Both the position numbers and the translations under genes were made by a program. A stretch of 63,410 bases of DNA, the filler included, from Olpidium bornovanus S191 (Eukaryota > Fungi > Olpidiomycota), in assembly GCA_017911155.1 (NCBI GenBank). It is 29 parts of 29 records of this genome, joined end to end, with 100 filler letters (N's around TTAATTAATTAA, not from the genome) between each part and the next. Parts side by side here need not be neighbours in the genome. Positions count along the whole stretch, not along the records: positions 49,277 to 51,267 come from JAEFCI010011101.1; positions 51,368 to 53,921 come from JAEFCI010000580.1; positions 54,022 to 55,583 come from JAEFCI010001005.1; positions 55,684 to 60,071 come from JAEFCI010004433.1; positions 60,172 to 61,905 come from JAEFCI010005401.1; 24 more parts are not named here. The stretch is one strand, 5' to 3'. A model generated the notes under the pieces. It made no database searches. It was not told the origin of the DNA and saw only the letters and a list, made by a program, of their open reading frames with translations. The number at the start of each line of letters is the position of its first letter. The stretch's first letter is position 1. Shown one piece after another: positions 49,420-61,580 of this stretch.

Positions 49420-51267
49420 ATGCGCTCTTCGCCGTCGTCGAGCGCGCATCTCCGCTCGCAGCCCCAAACCCCAGAGGTCCCTGGGGCATACGCACGTGCG
49501 GGCGTGCGCGTCCCCGCCGGCGGCCCGACGGCCGGCGAGCAGCACCGCCGCCGCCCCCACCACCAACCCCTCCACCCCCGGTCATACTACGACGGACACT
49601 TGCGCGAGGGCCTGGAGGAGGAGGCCGACGAGGACAGCGACCTCGAGCAGGGCCACTACCGCCCCGATGTCAGGGTGCGGTCGGAACCCGACGTTGACGG
49701 CGAAGACGAGGAGGACGTCGAGTCGGAGAGGGGAGATCTTCTCGGCCCGCCGCTTTCGCTCATGATCGAAATGAACCCTTTGGAGGCGGATCTCCAGCGA
49801 CGAAAGCGCGGCGCCCGGCCCGCGCAACAGCAGCAGCAGCGGGCGCGGCACGCCGCCGGCGGGACCGGCGGCAGGTTCCCCTTTCGGTTCCTCGACAGGC
49901 ATCCCAACGGCGACTCCAACGCCGTGGGAGCCGAGAGCAAGGTGGACGTCTTGTCTCCGGTCAGAACCTCGTTCGGTCGCAAGATGCAACTGCGTTCGGG
50001 CCAGACACTAGACACATTTTTCGAACGGGTAACTCAGAAAACTACACGATAACGTGTCCGAATCGCTTCCACTCACCGCGGGGAGGAGCGCCATCTTACT
50101 CGGCTTCTGTGCCTTGCGCTTGCCTTTGGAAAAAAAAAAGGTGTATTCGTACTATACTGGTAAAGGTTATCAGTGTGTCCTACTTGCAAAGGCCGCCAAT
50201 TTACTGTGCGTTTGTACTACGTTGAACCTGCCAGCGATCGACGCTGAACCTGCCTCGCGATCGAAGGGAAAATTGACGCAAAGCCGTGCTGACGTTCCCT
50301 GCTACCGCGGTCTCAGGACTTTGGCGTTCGTTGTGGGATTTTCTACCTTTCTGGGCAGCTGCATTGAGCACTCCCAAATCAAACACTCGAAGCATTTGAA
50401 GCAGATCCTGGTGCCTCATTGCGCGAGCAGGTGGGCACAGCAAACGGATAGGAGCGATGATATATATTTCACAAAGCCGCGCCGTGGGTGGGTGCTAACA
50501 GCTTTGGGATTTGTTGCATCATCTCGTATGAATTCAGACTTCCCCCGCTGGTAGTCCTCGTGCTGGTGTTATTCGCCGTGTTCTGGGCGTGGCAGGCGCT
50601 GCAGATAATCCAAAAGTTGCCTGAACTGAAGGAGATGCAGGAGTTTTATAACGTCGCGCTGCAGATCAGTGACGTGAGCTGTAGTCGTGCGCCGAGGCGA
50701 TTTCCATCCGCCTAGAGCGAAGCGTGCTCACTCTTTTACCGGATCGCGCGCCCCTTCCAACCAGCAAGACATCGACACGGTCGCGTGGAAGGACGTGGTG
50801 AACCGTCTCATCGCGGCGAAAGAGCTGCTTCCGGCACCCGGCGTCGGGTCGTCCTCTTCCGCGGGCGGAGGGATTTCGTCGCAGCCGCCGCCATTGCCGT
50901 CCGCCAACCGACTTTCCGCGCATGATATTACCAACCGAATCATGCGGAAGGAGAACTTTATGGTTGCGCTATTCAACAAGGACTTATTCGACTTGTCCGT
51001 ACCGTTCGTGCCTCACCTTAGGCGAAAGCAAATCCTCACCCGGACGCTCGAGTGGAACCTTTCGTTTTGCGTACTAGGATATGTGTTCAACCGGCACGGG
51101 CAGATCCGGAGAAAGCTTCTCAAGGATACGAAGCGAGAAGACCTTGCGGCGGGGTGCGTCTGAATGCGTCGATGACGTCGAGGTGCGCCGTTGCGGCAGC
51201 CGGGGGAAAAAAAAACAAAAGATCCGCTAACCATTTCGCAGATTGCGAAGACGGTTCATCTTCATGG
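49420..51267 (+). CDS. ATG9: Autophagy lipid scramblase Atg9, 5' part
   Basis: TLDTFFER|VYSYYTGKGYQCVLL, AFVVGFSTFL..CI, LPELKEMQEFYNVALQISD, IDTVAWKDVVNRLI, RLSAHDITNRIMRKENFMVALFNKD, LTRTLEWNLSFCV..YVFN, LRRRFIFM. The start codon is uncertain. Confidence 0.93.
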
Positions 51268-51709
51268 NNNNNNNNNNNNNNNNNNNNNNNNNNNNNNNNN
51301 NNNNNNNNNNNTTAATTAATTAANNNNNNNNNNNNNNNNNNNNNNNNNNNNNNNNNNNNNNNNNNNNATGCCCTCTTCCGCTGTCAACGAAGTTGCATTA
51401 CGTGTAATTGCCACCAAAGTCGAGTTCGCATAGATGGACCCAACCCGCGTTGGTGTCTGTGTTCGTGCGGAGTGATTTCTACGGCATGGAAGGATCACGC
51501 CGAGATGTATGATTCCTTCCGTCCTAAAAACTCAAAAACCTCAGATGAAAGTCATTGAAAAGATTGGAAAAAACCGGGCAGACGATTTCCGTCAGGCACC
51601 AACCCTTAAACTGTTCGGTACGCTGTGCAAGTGTGAGTCTCACGGTGATAAACCAACTACAAAAAAATTCTTATAGGCAGCAATATGTCACAGCGCCGAA
51701 GATGAGCGA

Positions 51710-53669
51710 TTACTTTCCTTCGAGAACCTTGAACCAGCATGGGCTGGTTGCACGACGAACGAATTGCTCATATCTCCTTCCCCCCCCCCTCTCTCTCTCT
51801 TCAGCCTCCCCTTCCCGGGACTCATATCGGTGGCAGGCGAAAGGAAAAATGGGAGAAGACTTCGAATTCGACTTGGCCGGGAAATTCTCTTCGGGGTCGG
51901 CGCCGTTTGTACGGCGAGAAGTTGATCTCAAACGCGGCGTGGGTTTGTATGAGCGTGCCATTACCAGAGCACGTTTTTTGTCCAACTATTTTAGTCTCAT
52001 CCGTAAAGTGAATTAACATCCTTACGCGCCCATTGCCTAGCGAGCCACCCCTTTCTCCCAGGGTCGCGTTTGGGGTACCAAAGCTCGCCGGGCTCAACCA
52101 TCTTCTGTCGCCAGAAGAACCGGCGTCGGTTTTCGACCTCGTAAGTGATGTCCTCGTGGATGTTCATAATGTGAATATTGCTCCGGTCAGTCTCGAGTTT
52201 GCAGTGTTGGATCAAGTCGGGCCACTTGCCACTAGTGAGGAGTTCCTTCCTAGTGTTCACGCCGGCGCAGAGCAAGATACGCTGGTCCGCCTCACGACTC
52301 CACCAGATCCTTATTCCCGCGGTGTGCAGGTCTCCCATGTCCTCCTGCAACTCGCGCAGAGCCTTGGCAAGCCGCGTTACGCTCTTTTTTGAGAACTCAA
52401 GGGACTCCGTCGCCCGGATCATTGCCTTGGGCGGCTTCGGGCCCGGCGCTTGGCGCGTGCCTCTGTTCTCCCGCAGCTTTCGGAAGCCCTCTCGTTGCTT
52501 AACCTGCTTGTCCGGGCAAAGCGACTGTTCGATAATCCGCTTCACGTCCGCCGCGTACGGCAAGCCGGTCACCGCCAACAGCGGTTCCCAGTGGTCGCGA
52601 CGTAGCCTGATGATTCTCTCGAACCTTTTCAACGACGTTTGGTGGTGGAATTGCTTGTACTGCAACCGGAGTCAAAATCAACATCAAGCAATCGTCTTGC
52701 CACGTTTTCCTCTGTACGCAAAAAAAAGCATTCACAAAAGTAGCGACAAGCAGGTAGTACCCACGTCTAAAAATTGCGTGTCAGTAACGTAGATCTTGCC
52801 CATTGGAATGTGCCGCCAGAAATATATGATGCGCGGTTTCGCGGGGTTCTTTTCGCGCTCGACACGATGGCTGCCAAATAGCGCGACGAGGGTACAGGTG
52901 ATAGTTGGCTCAATCCCCGTTTGCAAAGCACCACTCGCTGTCTGCGGCTCACTGAGTTGCACGGCCCTTGACAACCTAAATATCAGGAGACACTCACTCT
53001 TCCGCCTTCCAGCGCTTCACGTCTTCGGCCTCGCACTGCTGCCGGAAAGGAAGAAGTAGATTTCGCCGTTCTTGCCTTATAAAAGGCGGGGACGCAAAGG
53101 GAGAAATCAACGTTTGCCGCGCGGCCGGATGCCGAAAAGTACCACAAATGCTAAAAGCATTCGGACTATCGCAGGGAGCATCTGGAGGAAGTTAGAGCTC
53201 TCCACCGGCAAAATCCGCACCTCAACAACGCGGCTTCCTCAGAGAGTTCGTCCAGAGCGGTCAGCTTAAGGTCTATGCTGCTAATTTGAGCCTTGCCCTC
53301 CTCCGTCGCGATCAGCTCTTCCCGCACCGGTTCGCCCGGGTACGGTCTGAGTGCCGTTGTGGGGGCGGTTGCAGTCACGCCCAATCCGTCGAGCCGAGGC
53401 AACCACCTTAAGCCCACCGCACTGCCCTCGGGGGTGGAAGGTTCCGGCGGCGACTTGGGAGGCTGCTCCTTGCCGTCGTCTGGCGTGTTCTGTCTGTGGC
53501 CCCGCGCCAAGGCCAAAATGCGGTCGAAGGCGCTACCGCCGCGGCATGTGGCGTGGAATTTCCTGACGGCGCTGTGCGCGGAGCGGGAGGCGGTGCGGGC
53601 GCGTCCGGCGGCGGCGGCGGCGGCGGCGGCCGCGCGCGCCGCGGCAGGGGCGGCGGCGAGCGAGGACAT
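51710..53669 (-). CDS. Hypothetical multi-exon protein, possibly mitochondrially targeted
   Basis: The first exon is Ala/Arg/Ser-rich (MSSLAAAP...RSAHSAVRKFHATCR), like a presequence. Further exon-like segments with GT/AG borders at about 53000-53085, 52795-52945 and 52010-52665 (222-aa ORF). No family recognised. Confidence 0.4.
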
Positions 53670-54188
53670 TGCAGCTCTTCTTTTGCCGTTCAGCAGTCAC
53701 GCCCGCCGCCTTGGCAGGCTCGCGGGGGCAGCGGAGGGGTAGGGCGGGGGAGCGGGAGCGGCGTAGCGGGAGGGGGGGCTCTCGCTGCATTGTTTGTCAA
53801 ACGTTAATTTCGCCGCCCTAAATCCAACAATCCAAATAGTTTCTGCCGCGACACTAATCTGGCCAACTAAACGACAAGGCCGACGGAATGCGCAGGTGGT
53901 GTATGGCAGTCTAGCTGCATGNNNNNNNNNNNNNNNNNNNNNNNNNNNNNNNNNNNNNNNNNNNNTTAATTAATTAANNNNNNNNNNNNNNNNNNNNNNN
54001 NNNNNNNNNNNNNNNNNNNNNCATGGCCGGGGTCCGCGTCGTAGACTCGTTCTGGGAACTGGGCGGACTATCGAGGTTCCTCTGCTGCCAGCGGCGTCCT
54101 TCGTGGGGAGTTTGCATAACCCAGATCCTCCCCGTAGACGCCCCGTACTGGTCTGCTGCATATTCAGAAAACAGCGAAATCGAACTTT

Positions 54189-55232
54189 TCAGACGATCAC
54201 TAGGTCTTCTCGTACCGGAGCAATCGCGCACTCACCGAATGAATCACTGCGGTCCTTTCTCGAATCATATGGCTGAATAGGCGAAGACAACGCGACCTGC
54301 ACAAGAGTGTCAAATGCGGTAGGTTTATTAGATTTTTGCGGATCCCAGCCGACAGTGTGAATTGGCGTTATCGGCAGCAATTGCGCCCGGTTGCTCGGCG
54401 AATTTGGCAGGGCACTGGGATGTTCGAGATCCGGCACTTTGCCACCGAGAGGACGTGCGCGCTGACAGCCGTTACTGTCGTAAGCGTAGGCCGTCGCCTT
54501 CCAGGAGTTGCCCCGAGACGACGGTGTTGCAAATGGGGAACCAAACGAAGAAGGCAGAGCCTGTTCGCCCCGACGAAGGCCGGAAACCCCGTTTGAATCG
54601 CTCCTGAGGACGCCCGGCCACAAATCGGGAGATCCCGTGCGCGCGTCGTCCGTGTCTACACGGCGCGGCGTCGCTGGTACCACCGCTTCCGTGGCGCCGC
54701 GTGACGGCGAATTGAGCTCGCCGCGGCCGGCAGACTGCGTGACGGAGACTGGGTCGTACAACGGCAGCGAACTGGATCGAAACGCGCCGGCCCGCGAGCG
54801 CGGCGGCGGAAGTCCCAGGTAGTCCTCCAGGTCGCCCGAACCTAGGCGGCCAAAGAAAGCTGTCCGGGACCTAGCTCGACACCACGAATCCCTGTTTCGT
54901 TCACCAAAGGCGGTTAAGGCGAAGGCCCTCAGCCCTTCGCCCCCGAGGCAGTCGCGGGCGAACTGACGCGTCTCTTCCTTTGTGAGGAGGCCGCCTGGAG
55001 AAGACTGCTGCGGCTGCGATTCGATCGGAGTGGTTGGTTCCAAGCAGATGTCTTCACAGGTATCAGAGTCCGCGTCGGCAAGGTACGCTCCTCGCCTTCC
55101 GACCAGCGTGGGCGAAGACGGCAAGTAGTCCGGCTGGCCACCTGCACGCGCGTCGGGTGTTGAAAAATCGGCCAGACTCGTTAGCATGACGAAAAGAAAG
55201 TGGGCGAGCGTAGCGGGAGCTGGGCGACTCAC
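54189..55232 (-). CDS. Hypothetical Ser/Pro-rich protein
   Basis: 347-aa uninterrupted ORF, low complexity, no domain recognised. Confidence 0.35.
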   Translation of the reverse strand: MSRPAPATLAHFLFVMLTSLADFSTPDARAGGQPDYLPSSPTLVGRRGAYLADADSDTCEDICLEPTTPIESQPQQSSPGGLLTKEETRQFARDCLGGEGLRAFALTAFGERNRDSWCRARSRTAFFGRLGSGDLEDYLGLPPPRSRAGAFRSSSLPLYDPVSVTQSAGRGELNSPSRGATEAVVPATPRRVDTDDARTGSPDLWPGVLRSDSNGVSGLRRGEQALPSSFGSPFATPSSRGNSWKATAYAYDSNGCQRARPLGGKVPDLEHPSALPNSPSNRAQLLPITPIHTVGWDPQKSNKPTAFDTLVQVALSSPIQPYDSRKDRSDSFGECAIAPVREDLVIV

Positions 55233-55832
55233 GATAATGCGGTACTTTGTTTGCCAGTCGCGCCCTGTTCAAACGGCGAGCGATGTTTAACCTTCCTCCT
55301 ACTCTAAACTCAGGAAACGACGGGAGGTGGGGGAAGGGGAAGGGAGAGGGGGGGGGGGTTACGCCTGCCTTACCAATCGAACTGACGGAAGCCGCCGCTG
55401 CCGCCTTCGCACGGATCGCCATTTGGCTCGGCAGCGTCGGAGCCGGCTCCGTCTGCCTTCGGACCTGCGGACGGGGTTACCGGGGAAACAAAAATCGTGC
55501 GCCGCTTAACCTGAGGGAAACGCGTTCCCGCAGTCGCCCGGGGGGGGGGGGCGGCCGGGGTGAACACACGGCGTGCTCGTGGGNNNNNNNNNNNNNNNNN
55601 NNNNNNNNNNNNNNNNNNNNNNNNNNNTTAATTAATTAANNNNNNNNNNNNNNNNNNNNNNNNNNNNNNNNNNNNNNNNNNNNCACGAGTTGCGGGGCGC
55701 GGCAAAAACTTCTTTCCGCTCGCTTAGTTTTTTTTTTTGTCGCTTGATTTCTTTTGTTTTTTTCCTACCCAGGACTTCTGAGGTCGAAATCTCGGCTACC
55801 ATGACAACCATCGTTTGTTCGCCACGTCTCGT

Positions 55833-55898
<66 letters not shown>

Positions 55899-57987
55899 CT
55901 TTCTTCTTTTTCTCTCTCAGCCTGATTTGGCTTTCCCGTTTTTGCTGCCGCGCGTTTTGAGTGGAGGAGAGAGAAGAATGCAGCGAAAAAAAATTTTTTA
56001 AAATTTTTTCGGGTTCCCAAAAAACAAGGCGGAAAAGATGACAGGCGATCGGGGAAGGGGCCACGCGTCGTCACACGCAACCCCGCGCGGACACAAGCGA
56101 CCCGGATTTTCCCTCTTTGATAGACAGGAAAACGAAAAAAAGATTCCATTCCAATTCCGCCGTCTGCTCTGGCCTCGTTCCGTTGGTTTCACGGGCCGCT
56201 CCAACGGCGCCGCGTGTCTCCGCGGTGATCACCCAGCCCCCGCGTGCCCCTGTGGCCGCAGGGCATCGCCGGCGAGCTTGGCCAACAACGCGCAGGTTGG
56301 CCCTCACCACGTTCACCGCGCTCGAACGCGCGCGTTTTCGCACGGTGGAAACCGGGCGGTAGGCGCGTGGGCACTTCGGGGCGGGGTGTGTGACGAGTGA
56401 TGGCTTTCCGGCATCCGCGTCGGCGCCCACGCACCCGCGCCCCGCGAGCTCTCTCGTTGATGCGCATCAAAGAGGCGGGCTCGGTTGCCCCGAACGATTT
56501 CGGTCGGCCCCGCGCGCGAAAAACGAGCCGACGCATGAGAAAAAGGCCGGCAGGGCCGCGCGCGCGCCCAACGCGCGGCTCGCGGGCGACAGCCGAGCGC
56601 AGGACCGCCCAAGCCCGACGGCCGTCCGGCGGAACCCGGCCTGCGCCGCCGCTCTCTTTGGTGCGTTAACGTTTCACTAGGTCGTGCTGCCGGGTGCCCT
56701 GTTCGGCTGCCAATCCTGCGTCTTTCGCTCTCGTAATTCCGGCGCGCGCGACGAAAATATGCCTCGGTGCACGACGATCAGGCGCTAACAGCAACCCGTC
56801 GAACGATCGCAAAGCTGACGTTTGCGGCGGCTCAGGAAACGTTTGCCCAAAGTGCGTTTGTTGCCGCATCGCGGTGCGTCACAGAGGGGCGGACGCAGTT
56901 CGGGACGAACTGACGCCTCTTCGGATAATATATCTCCGTCGCGGAGTGGTCGCATCGCCAGAATCTCCCACCGCCCGGGCATCTTTCGGGGTTGGTGCCG
57001 GCCGCAGAACCAGGAAAGTGCGGGTTCACGGCACGGGTGTGTGAGGCTCCCGGACGCCAGTTGCGTCGGGGCCATCGGCCGGAAGACGCAGAGCGTACAG
57101 CCTCGGCGACCCAGGGAGCTGGACTGGTAGCAGGTTTAGCACACGAGGGGTCCCCCCACGGGAGGCAAGCTTGGTCTGGCACTGCAACAGGGCGCGGTTG
57201 CGACGGACGTGGGGGAAAAGGGGGGGGGGAAGGTGTTCGAGACAGAAAACGAGGCCGGCCCGGGTTGTGCCGGTGGCGGGCAGCAGTTCCGGGCCCGCAG
57301 CAGCAGAGCCATAAGGGAGTCACGAGCCGCTTCGCATTTGCCTGCGCGTTGGAGGAGACTTTCCGCACGTGCTGCGCAGCGGGGGTGGACTCATCCGCAG
57401 GTCCAAAGGCGGAGCACCGGGGAGGGCGGGCGAGCCGCCTATTGGCGTGTCCGCTCCTTCCTCTCTCGCCCGGAGGGGTGGTTCGCTTCCGCCCCGGCGG
57501 TTCCACGCGGTTAACCTCGGTCGGGGCGGGGCCCCCGTGTGACGTTTGTCACGCCCTTCCCCCGCCCTGTCGCACAAACAACCAGAACCACCCCCAAATG
57601 GAGGAAGAGGGCGAGGGGGGCGCGAAACGCGACGACCAAAGCGAGACGTCTTTTGCCAACAACTCCACGGCGCCGTTGTTTGTTTACATGCGACTTCGCT
57701 TGCCTCTTTTTGACGGCATCTTCGTCTTCTTTCTAAAAAGAAAAAAAAAATAATCGAAATGGAGTCACATTGCTATCTGCACCAGCCGTCGATCCTGACA
57801 CGGAATCCCGCCCCTCCCCACGCCCCTCCACTCCGCAAGACGATGTCGCCTGACGCATTTCCGCCTCCCGTCGGCCGGCCGTGATGTCGGAGGCACATCG
57901 CACAGGATTGACTTTTCCCGGCGTTCAACAACTTTCTTGTTTTGCGATTCACCGATTAGAGGATAAAGAAAAAAAAAAGATCCACTC

Positions 57988-58070
57988 CGACACCTGTGAG
58001 ATTCGAACTCACGCGTCCAAAGGACAATGCCTTAGCAGGGCACCGCGTTAACCAACTCCGCCAAAGTGTC
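57988..58070 (-). tRNA. tRNA-Ser (anticodon GCT), intronless
   Basis: GACACTTTGGCGGAGTTGGTTAACGCGGTGCCCTGCTAAGGCATTGTCCTTTGGACGCGTGAGTTCGAATCTCACAGGTGTCG. Acceptor stem GACACTT/AGGTGTC, anticodon arm GTGCC-CTGCTAA-GGCAT, long variable arm GTCC/GGAC, T arm GTGAG-TTCGAAT-CTCAC. Followed by a poly(T) Pol III terminator. Confidence 0.98.
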
Positions 58071-58931
58071 TCAATGTTGGTTTCCTGTGTCTGCCGGTTT
58101 CCCTTTTTTCCGTTTTTTCCTTGTGTTTGGCTGAGAATACAATAATAACAAATCGGAATTAAAAGATGGAAGCGTTTGCGGAACCTTTGACTGCCAAATC
58201 ACACAGGGCACGAGGGGGAAAAGGGGGGGGGGGTTCTCTTTCCGTTTTTTTGCTTTTCCCTCTTGCGCTGCCCCTCACTTTTCTTCCCGTTGCGGGGAAG
58301 CGGCCCGTCCGGCAGAACACCGTGTTGGCGGGAGGAACTCGTTGTCGGACTCGCCGACGATGATCTCATTAAAGTTTGGAATGCTGCTACATCCCATGCC
58401 TTCGGAAATTGCCACGACGGTATTGGATCAGGCAGTGACGCGTTCTGCCCAAGGTCATTGTGTCCTGGCACTCCTAGGAAAAGACTTTGGTGGCGCCGCG
58501 TTCCTGAGAACAGTCGCGTTCGGCATTCCCGTGAAGGACTCCATGGGAGACTGCAGGCGTACGAGGAAAGCATGCGGCGCTAGGACATTGTTGATGTTAC
58601 GCCATTTTTTTTTTTCGTCTATATATTTCCTTGGCGCAAGCACCCTCGCCGGGCCGGCCCTCGCGTCAGCTGCGTGCCTGTGCGACCGTTGCTCGTCGGA
58701 GCTTTTCGCGTGCTGGCGGCAAGCTGTGCCCGTGCTGACTTTCTGGCATACGCACAGCCTGCCGCGCGACGAATTCCTGAGCCAAGTTTGACACTTTTAC
58801 GATCCAGGATTTCAGGAACGCGACTTTGAAAACCCCGGGTTCGTCAAGTCTGCCGCACCATTGTCCTCTGCTTGGGGACGGGCCCTGGCAGAGTCAAGTG
58901 CGGAAATTAACCGACGGGGCTCCAAGCCGTC

Positions 58932-59384
58932 ATGGACATTTTATTATTTATGATTATGCTTCTCGTCGCCCAGCGAGGTATCCTAGGGGCGACTAGCCAC
59001 GAGAGTGCAAATCGCAAGGATGTCATCGACGCTTTGTACGCCCAGACAAAAGAGGACGCGGCCATTTCTGGCCTGACTACTGCGCTGCATGGAGCCAAGG
59101 CGGCCCTCAAAACCTTCTGTGACAAGGAAGAGGGCGTCCAGCCGGGCCCGCATTTTCACCGATGTTGTGCGAGAGCATCTCTTCGAACATGCGTGGTCAC
59201 GAATCGAGGTATGCTGCCTGGGCGGTCGGTGCACCAGAAAAGCAGAGAGCAACAAGAAAGTATGGTTTTTTTCAGGGATAGGGTGGTTGTAGAAAGCGCT
59301 AGTTTGAATATAATGGATAATGGAAAAACTAGTGAGCAGGGCATTTTTTTGCCGTCGTCTCGGAAAAGAAAGTCCATGACGTAA
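58932..59384 (+). CDS. Candidate small secreted protein (150 aa, intronless)
   Basis: Starts MDILLFMIMLLVAQRGILGA (signal-peptide-like) and carries four Cys. No homology recognised. Confidence 0.33.
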   Translation: MDILLFMIMLLVAQRGILGATSHESANRKDVIDALYAQTKEDAAISGLTTALHGAKAALKTFCDKEEGVQPGPHFHRCCARASLRTCVVTNRGMLPGRSVHQKSREQQESMVFFRDRVVVESASLNIMDNGKTSEQGIFLPSSRKRKSMT

Positions 59385-60000
59385 TAATCCATGCATTTCT
59401 GCTGGGAACCCGACAGAGAGGTAATAAACTATTGCAACCTGCGTTCGTCTTCTTCGGCCCCCCGTCGGCAGATTGCCAGCCGGCGATTCTGGCTTCTGCG
59501 GCATGCGAATTGCCTCCGAAGTCTGATGCACATTGGTTGGCTTTGGAAGGGGCTGCTCGCGACCATGAAGATCCACAGCATTTGCCGGCCGTGGTGCAAA
59601 GTAGAAGCCTGGCACAGGGGGCGAGAAGCTCCCAACAGATCGTCAAGCTCGCTGCAACCTCCGTTTGTGCCACGGCGAATCTTTCCAAGGAAGCGGGGCC
59701 TCTGGGTGTAAAAATTTGGCGGAAAGTGAGGCTCTCCCGTTTCACTCTCCTCTTCCTCCTGTGTTTCCACAGACACCACCACCCCGTCTCCCTCTCTCTT
59801 TCCCTCTCTCTCTCTCTCTCTCTCTGTCTTCCGTCGCTCTCCACGCCGCCGCCGCCGCCCTGGAAGGCTAGCTCTGCGGCGGGCCCGCAGCCCCCCCCCC
59901 CCGGCACCCCGCCCCCCCCCCCCCCCCTCCCCCCCCCGCCCCCGCCCCCCCCCCGCCCCCTTGCCGCAAGTCTCTGCGGCAACCCCATCAGGTGGCGCAA

Positions 60001-60071
60001 ATGGTTTCCCCCAACTCCTTCCAGTACCCCGAGAACGTCGGCATAAGGGCTTTGGAGATTTACTTCCCGGC
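60001..60071 (+). CDS. ERG13: HMG-CoA synthase, first 23 codons
   Basis: MVSPNSFQYPENVGIRALEIYFP matches the fungal HMG-CoA synthase N-terminus (P.NVGI.A.EIYFP). The contig ends here. Confidence 0.85.
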
Positions 60072-60257
60072 NNNNNNNNNNNNNNNNNNNNNNNNNNNNN
60101 NNNNNNNNNNNNNNNTTAATTAATTAANNNNNNNNNNNNNNNNNNNNNNNNNNNNNNNNNNNNNNNNNNNNAAAAAAAAAAAAAAAAAAAAAAAAAAACG
60201 CCCGCGCGCAAACGAGAGCCGGCCCACGAGCCGCGTCTTCGCCGGACGGTGACACTC

Positions 60258-61580
60258 ACACCGCGCCGTCGACCGTGCCGGAAAACACGTACGTCCCGCA
60301 GGGCGCGTACGCGCTCTTGCACATCCCGCCCGCTTCGTCGCCCTTCCTCTCCGTGGTCCGGTCCCCCGGCCCGTACCTGAGAACGGGCCGGTGCAACCGG
60401 AGGTCGATCGCTCGGACGTTGTCGTTCCCGGCGTGCGCCAGCAGCGTGCGATTGTCGCGGTGGAGGCAGAGCGAATAAATCGGACACCCCTGGTAAGCAG
60501 GAACATAAAACCGGCAGGAGATGATCAGTTCCGGGGACGTTTTGCCGCCGTTGAAGAAAGGGAAATGAGAAATCCGAAAACGCCCTTACGAGCGGCCGAG
60601 TCTCGCGCGTATGAGTTCAAACGAGAGTGAGTTTTGTTTGTTTTTTTTTTGGGTGCACCGCCCGCTTACCTTCAGAATCAGCCCACGAGTCGATCCCAAA
60701 AAGTTCGTCAGTACAGATCACTTTTTCCCATCAAATCTCATTGCCACCGCCGAATAAGAAAAAAAAAACGAAATTCGACACTCCCGGTGTTCTGAGCCTG
60801 TGGCCAAAGCCACGCGAATCCCTGCAGTTTGTGAAGCTCCGTACCTCCTTGATCGTGATGACCTTGATACACTCGTAACGAGCGAAGGCCTCCAAGGCGG
60901 ACACGGACGACAGGTCCATCCCCTCGACCCTGGAGCTCCACACGAGCACTGCTCCGCTCGCGTCGCCGCTGTAGAAGTGCACGCCGCTACGCTCGATCAC
61001 CAGAGCGTTGACGCGCGCCCGGTGGCCGGACAGCACTTGCGCCGGACGGGTCTTGGTCAAAACCTGCCGCCGCGCCGCCGCCGCGTTGCTCCCGCGCGGC
61101 GTCGGCTGGCACCGGAGAAGGGAAGTGTTCAGGCCGTTCTCTTCGGACGGGGCGTGCCACACGCGGATAAGGTGGTCGAACGATCCTGTCATAATCATCC
61201 TGTTTGTTTAGGCCATTCCCGTCCCCCCCCCCCCCCAAAAAAAAAATAAAAATAAAATAAAATACAAAAGACGTTGTGCTGAAGTTAAGCACAGTGAGCG
61301 CGCCTGCCGGGATCGGCCACCCAAAAGTCGAACCGAAGCACTTACGACAACCACAAAAAAAAAGCCGGAAAAAAAAAGAAACCGGGATAGAGGATTGTGG
61401 TGAAAAAAAAAACAGAACGCCCGACTTGTGCAGGTCTCACTCACCTGGGATCATCGGCCTGCGGATGGTACTGGGCCGTGTATACGAACGTGGGGGGTTG
61501 AAATATGGCGGTTACCATGGCACTATTATCTTCCTCCCGCAGTCTCCATATCCGCACCGAGCCGTCAGAAGAAGCCGAAA
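60258..61580 (-). CDS. AHI1: Jouberin (AHI1) WD40 region, ciliary transition-zone protein, internal fragment
   Basis: Exons SSDGSVRIW..PPTFVYTAQYHP, IMTGSFDHLIRVW, LSGHRARVNAL...HFYSGDASGAVLVW, GCPIYSLCLHRDNRTLLAH..DNVRAIDLR, AYAPCGTYVFSGTVDG follow the AHI1 WD40 motif order (FVYTAKFHP, TGCYDSMIRIW, MYSGD..G.I.VW, TPCGTFLFAGSEDG). Confidence 0.82.

Noticed and set aside
52810-52890. LFGSHRVEREKN on the minus strand resembles a TCAIM-type N-terminal motif
   Set aside because: The preceding HPD-type residues are absent and the exon phase does not fit neighbouring exons. Not enough for an assignment.
55684-57750. Many overlapping 60-250-aa ORFs on both strands
   Set aside because: Arg/Gly/Pro/Ala-rich with no motif. 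Typical of non-coding or UTR GC-rich DNA.
46533-61580. Apparent clustering of ciliary genes, or of RNA-processing genes
   Set aside because: The genes lie on different contigs separated by artificial spacers, so no linkage can be inferred.
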